Of a DNA stretch of 64,000 bases, positions 56,773 through 64,000 are shown in pieces; position 1 is the stretch's first letter, and every line of letters starts with the position of its first letter. The notes beneath the pieces are model-generated. The model searched no databases and was not told the origin of the DNA. It saw only the letters and a list, made by a program, of their open reading frames with translations. The position numbers and the translations under genes were made by a program. The stretch is from positions 9,197 to 73,196 of the forward strand of contig JAYFPW010000006.1 of NCBI GenBank assembly GCA_034927475.1, in the 5' to 3' direction. This DNA comes from Candidatus Elulimicrobiales bacterium. Lineage in GTDB: Bacteria; Patescibacteriota; Minisyncoccia; Phycocordibacterales; UBA5272.

Positions 56773-58329
56773 ATGCCTCTAAAATATTTTATTGCTATAG
56801 CGCTTGGAATATTTTTAGGAATAAATATCGCCTACTCTTTAAATTTTTCTACAGAGATATTTTTTGTTTCACTCGTTATTTGTTTCATAAATTTTTTAAT
56901 CTTTAAATTTTTCAAAAAGAACAGCGGAAAAGAAAAAAGTGAAACACCTATTTTTCTTAGTATTTTATTTTTAAGCTTAGCTTTTGGAATAATTCTAGGA
57001 CAAATTTCAATTTCTAAATCTGTTTTACAAAAAGAGAGATTTAATAATTTCATTTCACAAAAAGAAAATTTTATTGGATTAATCTCCAACGTGAAACAAT
57101 CTGAAAAATCTCAGCAACTTATTTTAAAAATAAAAAACGAGGATAATGATTTCAAAATTAAAATTGTTACAGCAAAATTTCCAGAGTTTAAGGTCGGAGA
57201 ATTTATTAAAGTTGAAGGAAAAATTGGAGAGGGTAAAATTTTATTACCAAATACGGAAAATAAAATAAATAAGTCTTTCGATCTAGAGATTCAAGATAAG
57301 CTAAAAAATATTGATGGAGAAATTGCTTTTCCTAAAATTTTAACTATAGAAAATTTAGAAACAAAAGTGTCTCTTTTTGAAAAATTTTCTTTTTATTTAC
57401 AAAATCAAAAAAGTAATTTTGTCAAAAAACTAGATACTTTAGCTCCGAGAGTTGTAGCCTCACTTACAGCTGGAACAACTTTAGGTGATGATTCTTTATT
57501 TTCTAAAGAAGAGATAAATAATTTTCGAATTTCAGGACTTTCTCATATCATCGTACTCTCTGGTTTTAATATAACTATTTTGATAGTCTTTTTCTCATTC
57601 TTATTTTTAAATTTAAATTTGAGATTAAAATTGCGCATATTTCTAACTCTAGTCTCTATTATTATTTTTATAATTTTTGTCGGCGCAGAACCCTCTATTT
57701 TGAGAGCGGCGATAATGGGAGGAGTCTTACTTTTGGGAAATATCTCTGGTAGACAATATGTCGCCAAACAGGCTCTCTTTTTAGCTGCTTTATTTATGAT
57801 GATACTTAATCCAAAAATTGCAGTTTTTGATATTTCTTTTCATCTCTCATTTTTAGCAACTTTTGGCATACTTTATCTTTTACCAATTTTTGATGAATAT
57901 AAATTTTTTAGCCAAGAAAGATTTAAAAATAAATTTGCAAAAAATCTTTTAGAAATTTTCAAACTTACTTTAGCGGTACAGATTTTAGTCTCGCCATATA
58001 TTATTTTTAAGTTTAGTAATTTATCTCTCTTTGGAATAGTTGGAAATCTTTTAGTGGTGCCAGTGATACCGATAATTATGTTTTTGGCTTTCTTAATAAT
58101 TTTATTTTCTTTTCTTCCAGGTCTTTCTATTTTCTTTGGATATTTATCTTTTATTTTTTCTAAATATATTTTTCTGGTAGTAGAATTTATTTCTAGTTTT
58201 TCTTTTTCGAAATTAGATTTTTCAATATCAAGTTTAGAAATGTTTTTGATTTATTTCTTAATTATATTTTATCTTTCTTTTGAAAAGAAAAGAATTAAGA
58301 TTCAAAAATATTTAAAAGAAGAAAAATAA
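56773..58329 (+). CDS. comEC: ComEC/Rec2 competence channel, membrane (DUF4131 + competence) portion
   Basis: Multi-TM with the signature RISGLSHIIVLSGFNITIL. It is followed 17 bp later by a separate MBL-domain ORF. Confidence 0.85.
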   Translation: MPLKYFIAIALGIFLGINIAYSLNFSTEIFFVSLVICFINFLIFKFFKKNSGKEKSETPIFLSILFLSLAFGIILGQISISKSVLQKERFNNFISQKENFIGLISNVKQSEKSQQLILKIKNEDNDFKIKIVTAKFPEFKVGEFIKVEGKIGEGKILLPNTENKINKSFDLEIQDKLKNIDGEIAFPKILTIENLETKVSLFEKFSFYLQNQKSNFVKKLDTLAPRVVASLTAGTTLGDDSLFSKEEINNFRISGLSHIIVLSGFNITILIVFFSFLFLNLNLRLKLRIFLTLVSIIIFIIFVGAEPSILRAAIMGGVLLLGNISGRQYVAKQALFLAALFMMILNPKIAVFDISFHLSFLATFGILYLLPIFDEYKFFSQERFKNKFAKNLLEIFKLTLAVQILVSPYIIFKFSNLSLFGIVGNLLVVPVIPIIMFLAFLIILFSFLPGLSIFFGYLSFIFSKYIFLVVEFISSFSFSKLDFSISSLEMFLIYFLIIFYLSFEKKRIKIQKYLKEEK

Positions 58330-58346
58330 AAAGTAAAAAGAAAAAT

Positions 58347-59330
58347 ATGAGCAATAAAATTTTTTCAGAAATCATTTACTCTATTAAAAATAAAAATAGA
58401 AAAATATTTTCAGATTATTTTTATTTAATTTTAATTTCTTTTTTCCTTATTTTATTTTTTATCACTCTCTTATTATTTACTAAAGTCTACTCTTCAAGAG
58501 AACTGAAAGTTATTTTTTTAGATGTTGGACAAGGAGACTCGATTTTGATTCAAACTCCAGACGGGCAGAAAATTTTAATTGATGCTGGGCCAGATGACAA
58601 AGTGATTCGCAAAATAGAAAGTTATCTTTCTATTTTTAATAAAGAAATAGATTTAGTTATTATGAGTCACGGAGATTCTGATCATATTACCGGCTTTCTC
58701 TATCTTTTCCCAAAATATAATGTTAAAAATATTTTAGTGAATGGAGATCAAAATAAAGAGAGCTCAATATATTTAATTAATCAAGAAAAAATAGAACAAG
58801 AAATTGAATTCGATGAATCTAAAACTTATATAGCCAACTGTGGAGATATTTTATCTTTTGGAAAAGGTGAGGATTTGATAGAGGTGTATATTTTAAATCC
58901 AGTCAAGGGAGGTCTTATTATAAATGATAGCAATGAAAATTCTGTCGTCTTGCTTTTGGTATATAAAGATTACAGCTTTTTATTTTTAGGGGACGCCAGT
59001 CAAGAAATAGAGAATAAACTCTTTTTAAATATAGAAAATTGTTTTGAAAAAACTGTCTCTTTATCTTTAAAAGAGAAATTACAAGATTTAACGGTCTTAA
59101 AGGTTTCACACCACGGATCAAACACTGGTAGTTCAGCAAGCTTTTTAAAGCTCATTAAACCAGAATATGCAGTTATTAGCGCTGGAAAAGACAATAGATT
59201 TAATCATCCACACAAAGAAGTTGTAGAAATCTTAGAAAAATATAGTAAAAACATCTTAAACACTGTAAATACTGGAGATATTATTTTTCAGACTGACGGG
59301 AAAAATTTAGAAATAATAAAAGCAAAATAA
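58347..59330 (+). CDS. ComEC C-terminal metallo-beta-lactamase domain encoded as separate ORF
   Basis: N-terminal TM, then VIFLDVGQGDSILIQTPDGQKILIDAG and MSHGDSDHITG (HxHxDH) and SHHGS, matching the ComEC-type MBL. Confidence 0.8.
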   Translation: MSNKIFSEIIYSIKNKNRKIFSDYFYLILISFFLILFFITLLLFTKVYSSRELKVIFLDVGQGDSILIQTPDGQKILIDAGPDDKVIRKIESYLSIFNKEIDLVIMSHGDSDHITGFLYLFPKYNVKNILVNGDQNKESSIYLINQEKIEQEIEFDESKTYIANCGDILSFGKGEDLIEVYILNPVKGGLIINDSNENSVVLLLVYKDYSFLFLGDASQEIENKLFLNIENCFEKTVSLSLKEKLQDLTVLKVSHHGSNTGSSASFLKLIKPEYAVISAGKDNRFNHPHKEVVEILEKYSKNILNTVNTGDIIFQTDGKNLEIIKAK

Positions 59331-59360
59331 AAACGCCTTATTTTAAGGCGTTTTTGATTT
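59330..59360. terminator. Bidirectional terminator between ComEC-MBL ORF and rpmB
   Basis: AAAACGCCTTAttttAAGGCGTTTTT. Confidence 0.6.
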
Positions 59361-59564
59361 TTAAGCATTTACATTGAGATGAACTCCTTTTTTCATACAG
59401 CTGGTGCAGATTTTTACTCTAGGACCATTAGGAATTCTTGCCCACTGTAGATTGGGGTATTTTCTTCTCTTCCCTGCAGGATTAAATTTGGTAGCACGAA
59501 CTCTGTTGGAGTATTTTCCTACCACCTTTGTTCCTTTTTGGCATGCTGGACAAATGTTTGACAT
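59361..59564 (-). CDS. rpmB: 50S ribosomal protein L28
   Basis: 67 aa with a C..C...TKFNPAGKRRKYPNLQ...C..C pattern typical of L28. Confidence 0.75.
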   Translation of the reverse strand: MSNICPACQKGTKVVGKYSNRVRATKFNPAGKRRKYPNLQWARIPNGPRVKICTSCMKKGVHLNVNA

Positions 59565-59639
59565 AAATTTAGTTTCTTTAATATTTCAAAATATTATCAT
59601 AAGTTGTCTTTTTTTACAAGGTTGTTAAAAATATTTGAG

Positions 59640-59790
59640 AGTTTTTTTAAGGGTGTCTATAAAAACAAAGACTCATAAAGGACACTTATCCACAACTTGT
59701 CCTTTATAAAAACTTGTCTTTTATAAGATGTCGTTTATAATATAAGTATATAAGTAATGGGTTGCTAATTGAGCTTTTAGTTCTCTTGGC
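59640..59790. repeat. Dispersed promoter-proximal repeat copy with perfect DnaA box TTATCCACA (59676-59684) between inverted ATAAAGGACA / TGTCCTTTAT arms
   Basis: cATAAAGGACActTATCCACAacTTGTCCTTTATAAAAACTTGTCTTTTATAAGATGTCGTTTATAATATAAGTATATAAGTAA is ~90% identical to 62213-62290. Confidence 0.6.
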
Positions 59791-59841
59791 AGCCTTTTTA
59801 TTTGTAAATTTTATTTAACTTTTTAATTAAGAACAAAAATC

Positions 59842-60666
59842 ATGAAAAAAAAATTAGTAACAATATTAACTTTAATATTTGTTTTCACCATGTTTTCTGC
59901 TGTGGCTAATGCACAAAAACCAGGCGAGGTTTTAGTCGGTGAATACACATATTATGACGCAGAAGGAGATTTAGAATATGGGTCAACTTATCAATGGTAT
60001 AGAGGAGACACTCCTATACCAGGAGCTACAGATATAAATTATACTATTACTGAAGAAGATATAGGAACAATTCTATATTTTGAGGTGACTCCTAGATCTT
60101 TGACAGGAATTTCTCCAGGAGAGCCATTTAAGAGTGAGGGAATAGAAATTTCTAAAAAGTCTTCAGAAAAGCCTTCAGGCTTATTACCTTTACCTATACC
60201 GGTAAAAGCTTCTACTTCTACTCCAGTTGTGATTCAGGCAACTTCTACCGCCACTACCACTATCGTAACCCCTACAACTCCTAAGACAGGTATAGTTTCA
60301 GGAAATGGTTCATATGTCTCTCCTTTAGATCAAAAGACTTACACTTGTAATGCAGACAGCAAACCATTCAACTCATTTATGAGATTAAACTCTAAAAACA
60401 ATGATGTGAATCAAGTTAAGCTTTGGCAGGCATTCTTAAATGCAGATTTAGGTCTTAATATACCTATTACAGGTTTCTTTGGACAACAAACTTTTGAAGC
60501 TACTAAAGCTTTTCAAAAAAAATATGCTTCTGAAATCTTAACTCCATGGGATATTCAAGATGCAACAGGATATTTCTATAAATCAACACAATATAAAGCT
60601 AATAACCTCTTATCATGTTCAGGAATGACTCTAACTTTAGATAATGGTGTAGTTCTTAATTACTAA
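59842..60666 (+). CDS. Secreted hypothetical protein
   Basis: 274 aa with a signal peptide (LTLIFVFTMFSAVANA) and a T/S/P-rich linker. Confidence 0.45.
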   Translation: MKKKLVTILTLIFVFTMFSAVANAQKPGEVLVGEYTYYDAEGDLEYGSTYQWYRGDTPIPGATDINYTITEEDIGTILYFEVTPRSLTGISPGEPFKSEGIEISKKSSEKPSGLLPLPIPVKASTSTPVVIQATSTATTTIVTPTTPKTGIVSGNGSYVSPLDQKTYTCNADSKPFNSFMRLNSKNNDVNQVKLWQAFLNADLGLNIPITGFFGQQTFEATKAFQKKYASEILTPWDIQDATGYFYKSTQYKANNLLSCSGMTLTLDNGVVLNY

Positions 60667-60690
60667 GAAGTTTCAAATAAAATCTTAAGA

Positions 60691-60720
60691 AAACTGCCTT
60701 AATGGCAGTTTTTGTTTTGT
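60691..60720 (+). terminator. Rho-independent terminator
   Basis: AAAACTGCCttaatGGCAGTTTTTGTTTTG. Confidence 0.6.
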
Positions 60721-60748
60721 TGCGTGGTATATTATAGAAACAATAATT

Positions 60749-61459
60749 ATGGATATACTATTTTTAATTTTCTTTTTTATTATTATCTTTTATTCTATCA
60801 TTTTACATGAAATAGCGCATGGTTATGCAGCCTATAGAAATGGGGATGCGACAGCTTACAATGCGGGGCGATTAACTTTGAACCCCATCTCTCATATTGA
60901 TGCGATAGGCTCTATTGTAGTTCCTATTTTTTCATATTTAGTATTGAAATTTCCTTTTGGTTGGGCAAAACCTGTTCCCTATAATCCAAACAATATACAA
61001 GGTAAAAAATATGCAGAATTAGAAATTTCAGCAGCTGGGATTTTAACTAATTTCACAATAGCTCTTTTAGCTGTAGTTGTTTTTTATATATTAAGATTTT
61101 TTGGTTTAGGAACAGAGTCAGTATTTTTAATACTTCAAACCATTACTTCAGTAAATTTATTTTTAGGATTATTTAATTTATTACCATTTCCACCAGCAGA
61201 TGGTTTTTCAGTTTTTACAGAACTTTTTTCTTTAGCAAAAGATTTTTGGTTAAAAATTAAAAATAGTTTTTCGAAAAAGAAAGAATATGAAGTGAGGTAT
61301 ATGGGCAAAACAAATTCTTTTAAAAATACAAGCTATAGAATAAAAGCTTTATTTTCCAACCCTTTAATGATGATAATTATAATTATAGTTGCTGTGAATA
61401 TTTTTCAGTTACTTGTCCCTTATATAATGTCCTTTATAAATTTTTTATACTCATTTTAG
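60749..61459 (+). CDS. Site-2 protease family (peptidase M50) membrane metalloprotease
   Basis: Has the HExxH motif (ILHEIAHGYAAY) in TM1, LNPISHID, and the NLLPFPPADGF (LDG-type) motif; multi-TM, 236 aa. Confidence 0.7.
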   Translation: MDILFLIFFFIIIFYSIILHEIAHGYAAYRNGDATAYNAGRLTLNPISHIDAIGSIVVPIFSYLVLKFPFGWAKPVPYNPNNIQGKKYAELEISAAGILTNFTIALLAVVVFYILRFFGLGTESVFLILQTITSVNLFLGLFNLLPFPPADGFSVFTELFSLAKDFWLKIKNSFSKKKEYEVRYMGKTNSFKNTSYRIKALFSNPLMMIIIIIVAVNIFQLLVPYIMSFINFLYSF

Positions 61460-61521
61460 TTTTCCCCACTTTTGTCCTTTATAAATATTGTCTTTTATAA
61501 AATGTCCTTTATAATATATAT
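61455..61521. repeat. Degenerate copy of dispersed promoter-proximal repeat (TGTCCTTTATAAA / TGTCTTTTATAAAA / TGTCCTTTATAATATAT)
   Basis: It has the same three-unit tandem architecture as the 59640 and 62195 copies, but the DnaA-box position reads TTTCCCCAC. Confidence 0.45.
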
Positions 61522-62193
61522 ATGTATAGAAATACTAAAAAAATTCTAGTTTTTTCATTTTTAATAATGTCCTTTATAGGTTTTGGTTTTTATAATGTAG
61601 ACGCGCAAGTAGAACAAAAGTTTTCTCCTATAGCTGATAGTGTTTCATGTATTGATGCACAATATGATTTAAGTTTTGGCTCTAGAGATTACGCGCTTTA
61701 TGGAAATGTACAAAAACTTCAACACTTCCTTTTTGAAAATGGAATTATGTATCATGCTCCAACTGGATATTTTGGTCCAATCACTCAAGCTTCCTTAATT
61801 AAGTATCAAACCCTGAGAAACCTTTATCCTACAGGCTTTTTTGATTCAAATACCAGAAAAGCTGTAGCTAGAGAGACTTGTGAACAAAATGAAATAGTTA
61901 ATAATGTTAGACTTATTACTAATTACAATCCACAATATCCAAATACTCAACAACCAAACCCGACTTATTCTCCACAAACTCAATATCCAGATAATACCAA
62001 CACTCAAATTCCTAATTCCACAAATACTTCTAGCAATCAAAGTCCTTATTATTATGTCCCTCAGACCACAAATCCTTACTACAGCACCACTACCACAAAC
62101 ACCCCCACTTTAGATAAACAGATTTATTATCAAATAACTGAACAGATGCTAGGATTTAAGCTTAACTCTACAACCCCAAATGTTCTTCCATAA
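61522..62193 (+). CDS. Secreted protein with putative peptidoglycan-binding (PG_binding_1-like) domain and Q/P/T/N-rich tail
   Basis: Signal peptide, then TGYFGPITQASLIKYQ (compare the DGxFGPxT...FQ motif), and a C-terminal low-complexity YP(N/Q)TQ repeat region. Confidence 0.5.
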   Translation: MYRNTKKILVFSFLIMSFIGFGFYNVDAQVEQKFSPIADSVSCIDAQYDLSFGSRDYALYGNVQKLQHFLFENGIMYHAPTGYFGPITQASLIKYQTLRNLYPTGFFDSNTRKAVARETCEQNEIVNNVRLITNYNPQYPNTQQPNPTYSPQTQYPDNTNTQIPNSTNTSSNQSPYYYVPQTTNPYYSTTTTNTPTLDKQIYYQITEQMLGFKLNSTTPNVLP

Positions 62194-62194
62194 T

Positions 62195-62335
62195 AAACGA
62201 TAAACGACAAAGTTATCCACATCTTGTCCTTTACAAAATATTGTCTTTTATAAAATGTCGTTTATAATATAAGTATATAAGTAAGGGTGCTTAGAGCTTT
62301 TTGCTCTAGGCATCTTTTCTTTGTATAAAATATCC
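62195..62335. repeat. Dispersed promoter-proximal repeat copy with perfect DnaA box TTATCCACA (62213-62221) and conserved 5'UTR hairpin
   Basis: Same architecture as the other copies. The GCTTAGAGCtttttGCTCTAGGC hairpin is shared with the inverted copy at 47990-48020. Confidence 0.6.
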
Positions 62336-62377
62336 AATTAAAAATAAAAATAAATTATAAAACATTATAAAAATTTT

Positions 62378-64000
62378 ATGAAAAAACTATTATTTACTTT
62401 CTTTGCTTTCGCAATAATATTATCTTCTTTTTCTTTTACTTTTGCGGAAGGGGCAACAAGTACAGCTACCAGTACTTATGGGTGGGTAGCAGAAGTAGCA
62501 TCTGGAGAAAGGAGATGGACTTCCATCACCTCATCCTTTGACGGCACGAAATTGGCTGCAGTTTTAAATGATGGTTACATCTATACCTCCACCGACTCTG
62601 GAGTAACTTGGACAGAACAAACAAGTTCTGGTTCAAGAGAATGGTCTTCCATCACCTCTTCTTCTGATGGAACAAAATTAGCGGCAGCGGTATATGATGG
62701 TTATATTTACAGCTCCACCGACTCTGGAGTAACTTGGACAGAACAAACTGGTTCTGGACAAAGACCTTGGAAATCCATCACTTCTTCTACTGACGGAACA
62801 AAATTAGCGGCAGCGGTATATGATGGTTATATTTACACCTCCACCGACTCTGGAGTAACTTGGACAGAACAAACTGGTTCTGGACAAAGACCTTGGGAAT
62901 CCATCACCTCATCTGCTGACGGTAGTAAATTAGCAGCAGTAGGAGCTAGTGGCTATATCTACACCTCCACTGACTCTGGGGCTACTTGGACAGAACAAAC
63001 TGGTTCTGGACAAAGACCTTGGAAATCCATCACCTCTTCCGCTGACGGAACAAAACTTGCGGCAGCACCATATTATGGTTACATCTACACCTCCACCACT
63101 TCTGGAGTAACTTGGACAGAACAAACTGGTTCTGGACAAAGACCTTGGGAATCCATCACCTCTTCTGCTGACGGAACAAAACTTTCAGCAGTAGTAAGAT
63201 ATGATGGTTACATCTACACCTCCACCACTTCTGGAGTAACTTGGACAGAACAAACAAGTGCTGGACAAAGAGGGATGTGGAAATCCATCACCTCTTCTGC
63301 TGACGGTACAAAGTTGGCAGCAGTAGCATATTATGATTACATCTACACCTACGGTCCTATTCCTTTACCAACAGTTGTTTCTAATCCTACATCTATAACA
63401 AATAGAACTTCTTTAGTGTTTAATGGCTATGTGAACACTTCGCACACTATACATGGAGTAGAATACTGTATTACAGGAGCATCTAATACACCTTGTGATT
63501 TTGCTAATGCCGAAAGAATAGAAGAAGAAGGATCTTATAGTTTAGGAGATATTGCTTTTACTGTTGATAATGTAACCCCTAACTCTTTCTTGCATTATAG
63601 ATTTTATGCTGAGAATGAAGAAGGTAGAAGTTATTCAGATGTTCAAACTATTTTTTTTGAATATAAAGAATTCAGACAGCAAACAAGTTCTGGTTCAAGA
63701 GACTGGTCTTCCATCACCTCTTCTTCTGATGGAACAAAATTAGCGGCAGCGGTATATGATGGGTATATTTACACCTCCACCGATTCTGGAGCTACTTGGA
63801 CAGAACGAACAAGTGCTGGTTCAAGAAGTTGGGTTTCCATCACCTCTTCTGCTGATGGAACAAAATTAGTGGCAGTAGTAGAGGGTGGCTACATCTACAC
63901 CTCCACCGACTCTGGATTAAATTGGGCACGGCAAGAAAGTGCTGGTTCAAGAAGTTGGACTTCCATCACCTCATCCTTTGACGGCACGAAATTGGCTGCA
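62378..64000 (+). CDS. Secreted BNR/Asp-box-like tandem-repeat surface protein (N-terminal part; continues beyond window)
   Basis: ATG at 62378 with a signal peptide (LLFTFFAFAIILSSFSFTFA). It then has >=9 near-identical 42-aa units (W.SITSS.DGTKLAAAVYDGYIYTSTDSGVTWTEQTGSGQRP), an Fn3-like unique segment (TPNSFLHYRFYAENEEGRSY) also present in 45629-47920, and further repeats. The frame is open to 64000. Confidence 0.7.
   Translation, partial: MKKLLFTFFAFAIILSSFSFTFAEGATSTATSTYGWVAEVASGERRWTSITSSFDGTKLAAVLNDGYIYTSTDSGVTWTEQTSSGSREWSSITSSSDGTKLAAAVYDGYIYSSTDSGVTWTEQTGSGQRPWKSITSSTDGTKLAAAVYDGYIYTSTDSGVTWTEQTGSGQRPWESITSSADGSKLAAVGASGYIYTSTDSGATWTEQTGSGQRPWKSITSSADGTKLAAAPYYGYIYTSTTSGVTWTEQTGSGQRPWESITSSADGTKLSAVVRYDGYIYTSTTSGVTWTEQTSAGQRGMWKSITSSADGTKLAAVAYYDYIYTYGPIPLPTVVSNPTSITNRTSLVFNGYVNTSHTIHGVEYCITGASNTPCDFANAERIEEEGSYSLGDIAFTVDNVTPNSFLHYRFYAENEEGRSYSDVQTIFFEYKEFRQQTSSGSRDWSSITSSSDGTKLAAAVYDGYIYTSTDSGATWTERTSAGSRSWVSITSSADGTKLVAVVEGGYIYTSTDSGLNWARQESAGSRSWTSITSSFDGTKLAA
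62459..64000 (+). repeat. Near-perfect 126-bp tandem repeats inside coding sequence (interrupted 63340-63690)
   Basis: Unit starts at 62585, 62711 and 62837 are exactly 126 bp apart with >90% nucleotide identity. 63940-64000 re-matches 62500-62560 exactly. Confidence 0.7.

Noticed and set aside
62930-63139. 69-aa minus-strand ORF
   Set aside because: Antisense within the 126-bp tandem repeats of the BNR gene. Repetitive artefact.
62459-64000. Possible CRISPR array because of regular ~126-bp repeats
   Set aside because: The repeats are in-frame coding units of a protein (42-aa modules) with no short unique spacers and no cas genes. Not CRISPR.

Overview
AT-rich bacterial chromosomal window that looks like a reduced-genome Candidate Phyla Radiation / Patescibacteria-type organism. 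The evidence is archaeal/eukaryal-type TyrRS, a minimal (~283 nt) RNase P RNA, ComEC split into two ORFs, short housekeeping proteins, and many secreted or membrane hypotheticals; the taxonomy is inference only.

Main content:
- Replication-initiation neighbourhood: rpmH-rnpA-yidC diverging from dnaA-dnaN.
- A tightly packed, co-directional minus-strand block (7969-22022, ~14 kb, 10 ORFs with <75 bp gaps) encoding a Gram-positive-style type IV secretion-like envelope apparatus. It has a VirB4 ATPase that appears split into two ORFs, a PrgI/VirB3-like protein, a VirB6-like polytopic giant, and a bifunctional GH24-lysozyme/M15-peptidase wall hydrolase. No relaxase or coupling protein is visible in the window, and ComEC, ComM and RecJ lie nearby. 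This is my best candidate for the 'system' and is consistent with a DNA-uptake or cell-cell contact role.
- Housekeeping genes: PBP1A, ksgA, uvrD/pcrA, M23 peptidase, rpsO, xerC/D, xthA, pgk, a TIM-like protein, nusA, tig, hup, clpP, rny, ung, cca, recJ, rnhA, rpmB, and an M50 protease.
- An RNA cluster: tRNA-Gly x3 (GCC, CCC, TCC), tRNA-Arg, RNase P RNA, plus tRNA-Pro on the minus strand.
- A family of BNR/Asp-box repeat surface proteins with near-perfect 126-bp tandem coding repeats.
- A dispersed ~80-130 bp intergenic promoter-proximal repeat family with tandem TGTCYTTTATAAAA units; three copies carry a perfect TTATCCACA DnaA box and a fourth a 1-mismatch box.
- A cluster of TTTCAC(A/G)TGAAA palindromic sites.

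No CRISPR array, transposase or prophage was recognised.
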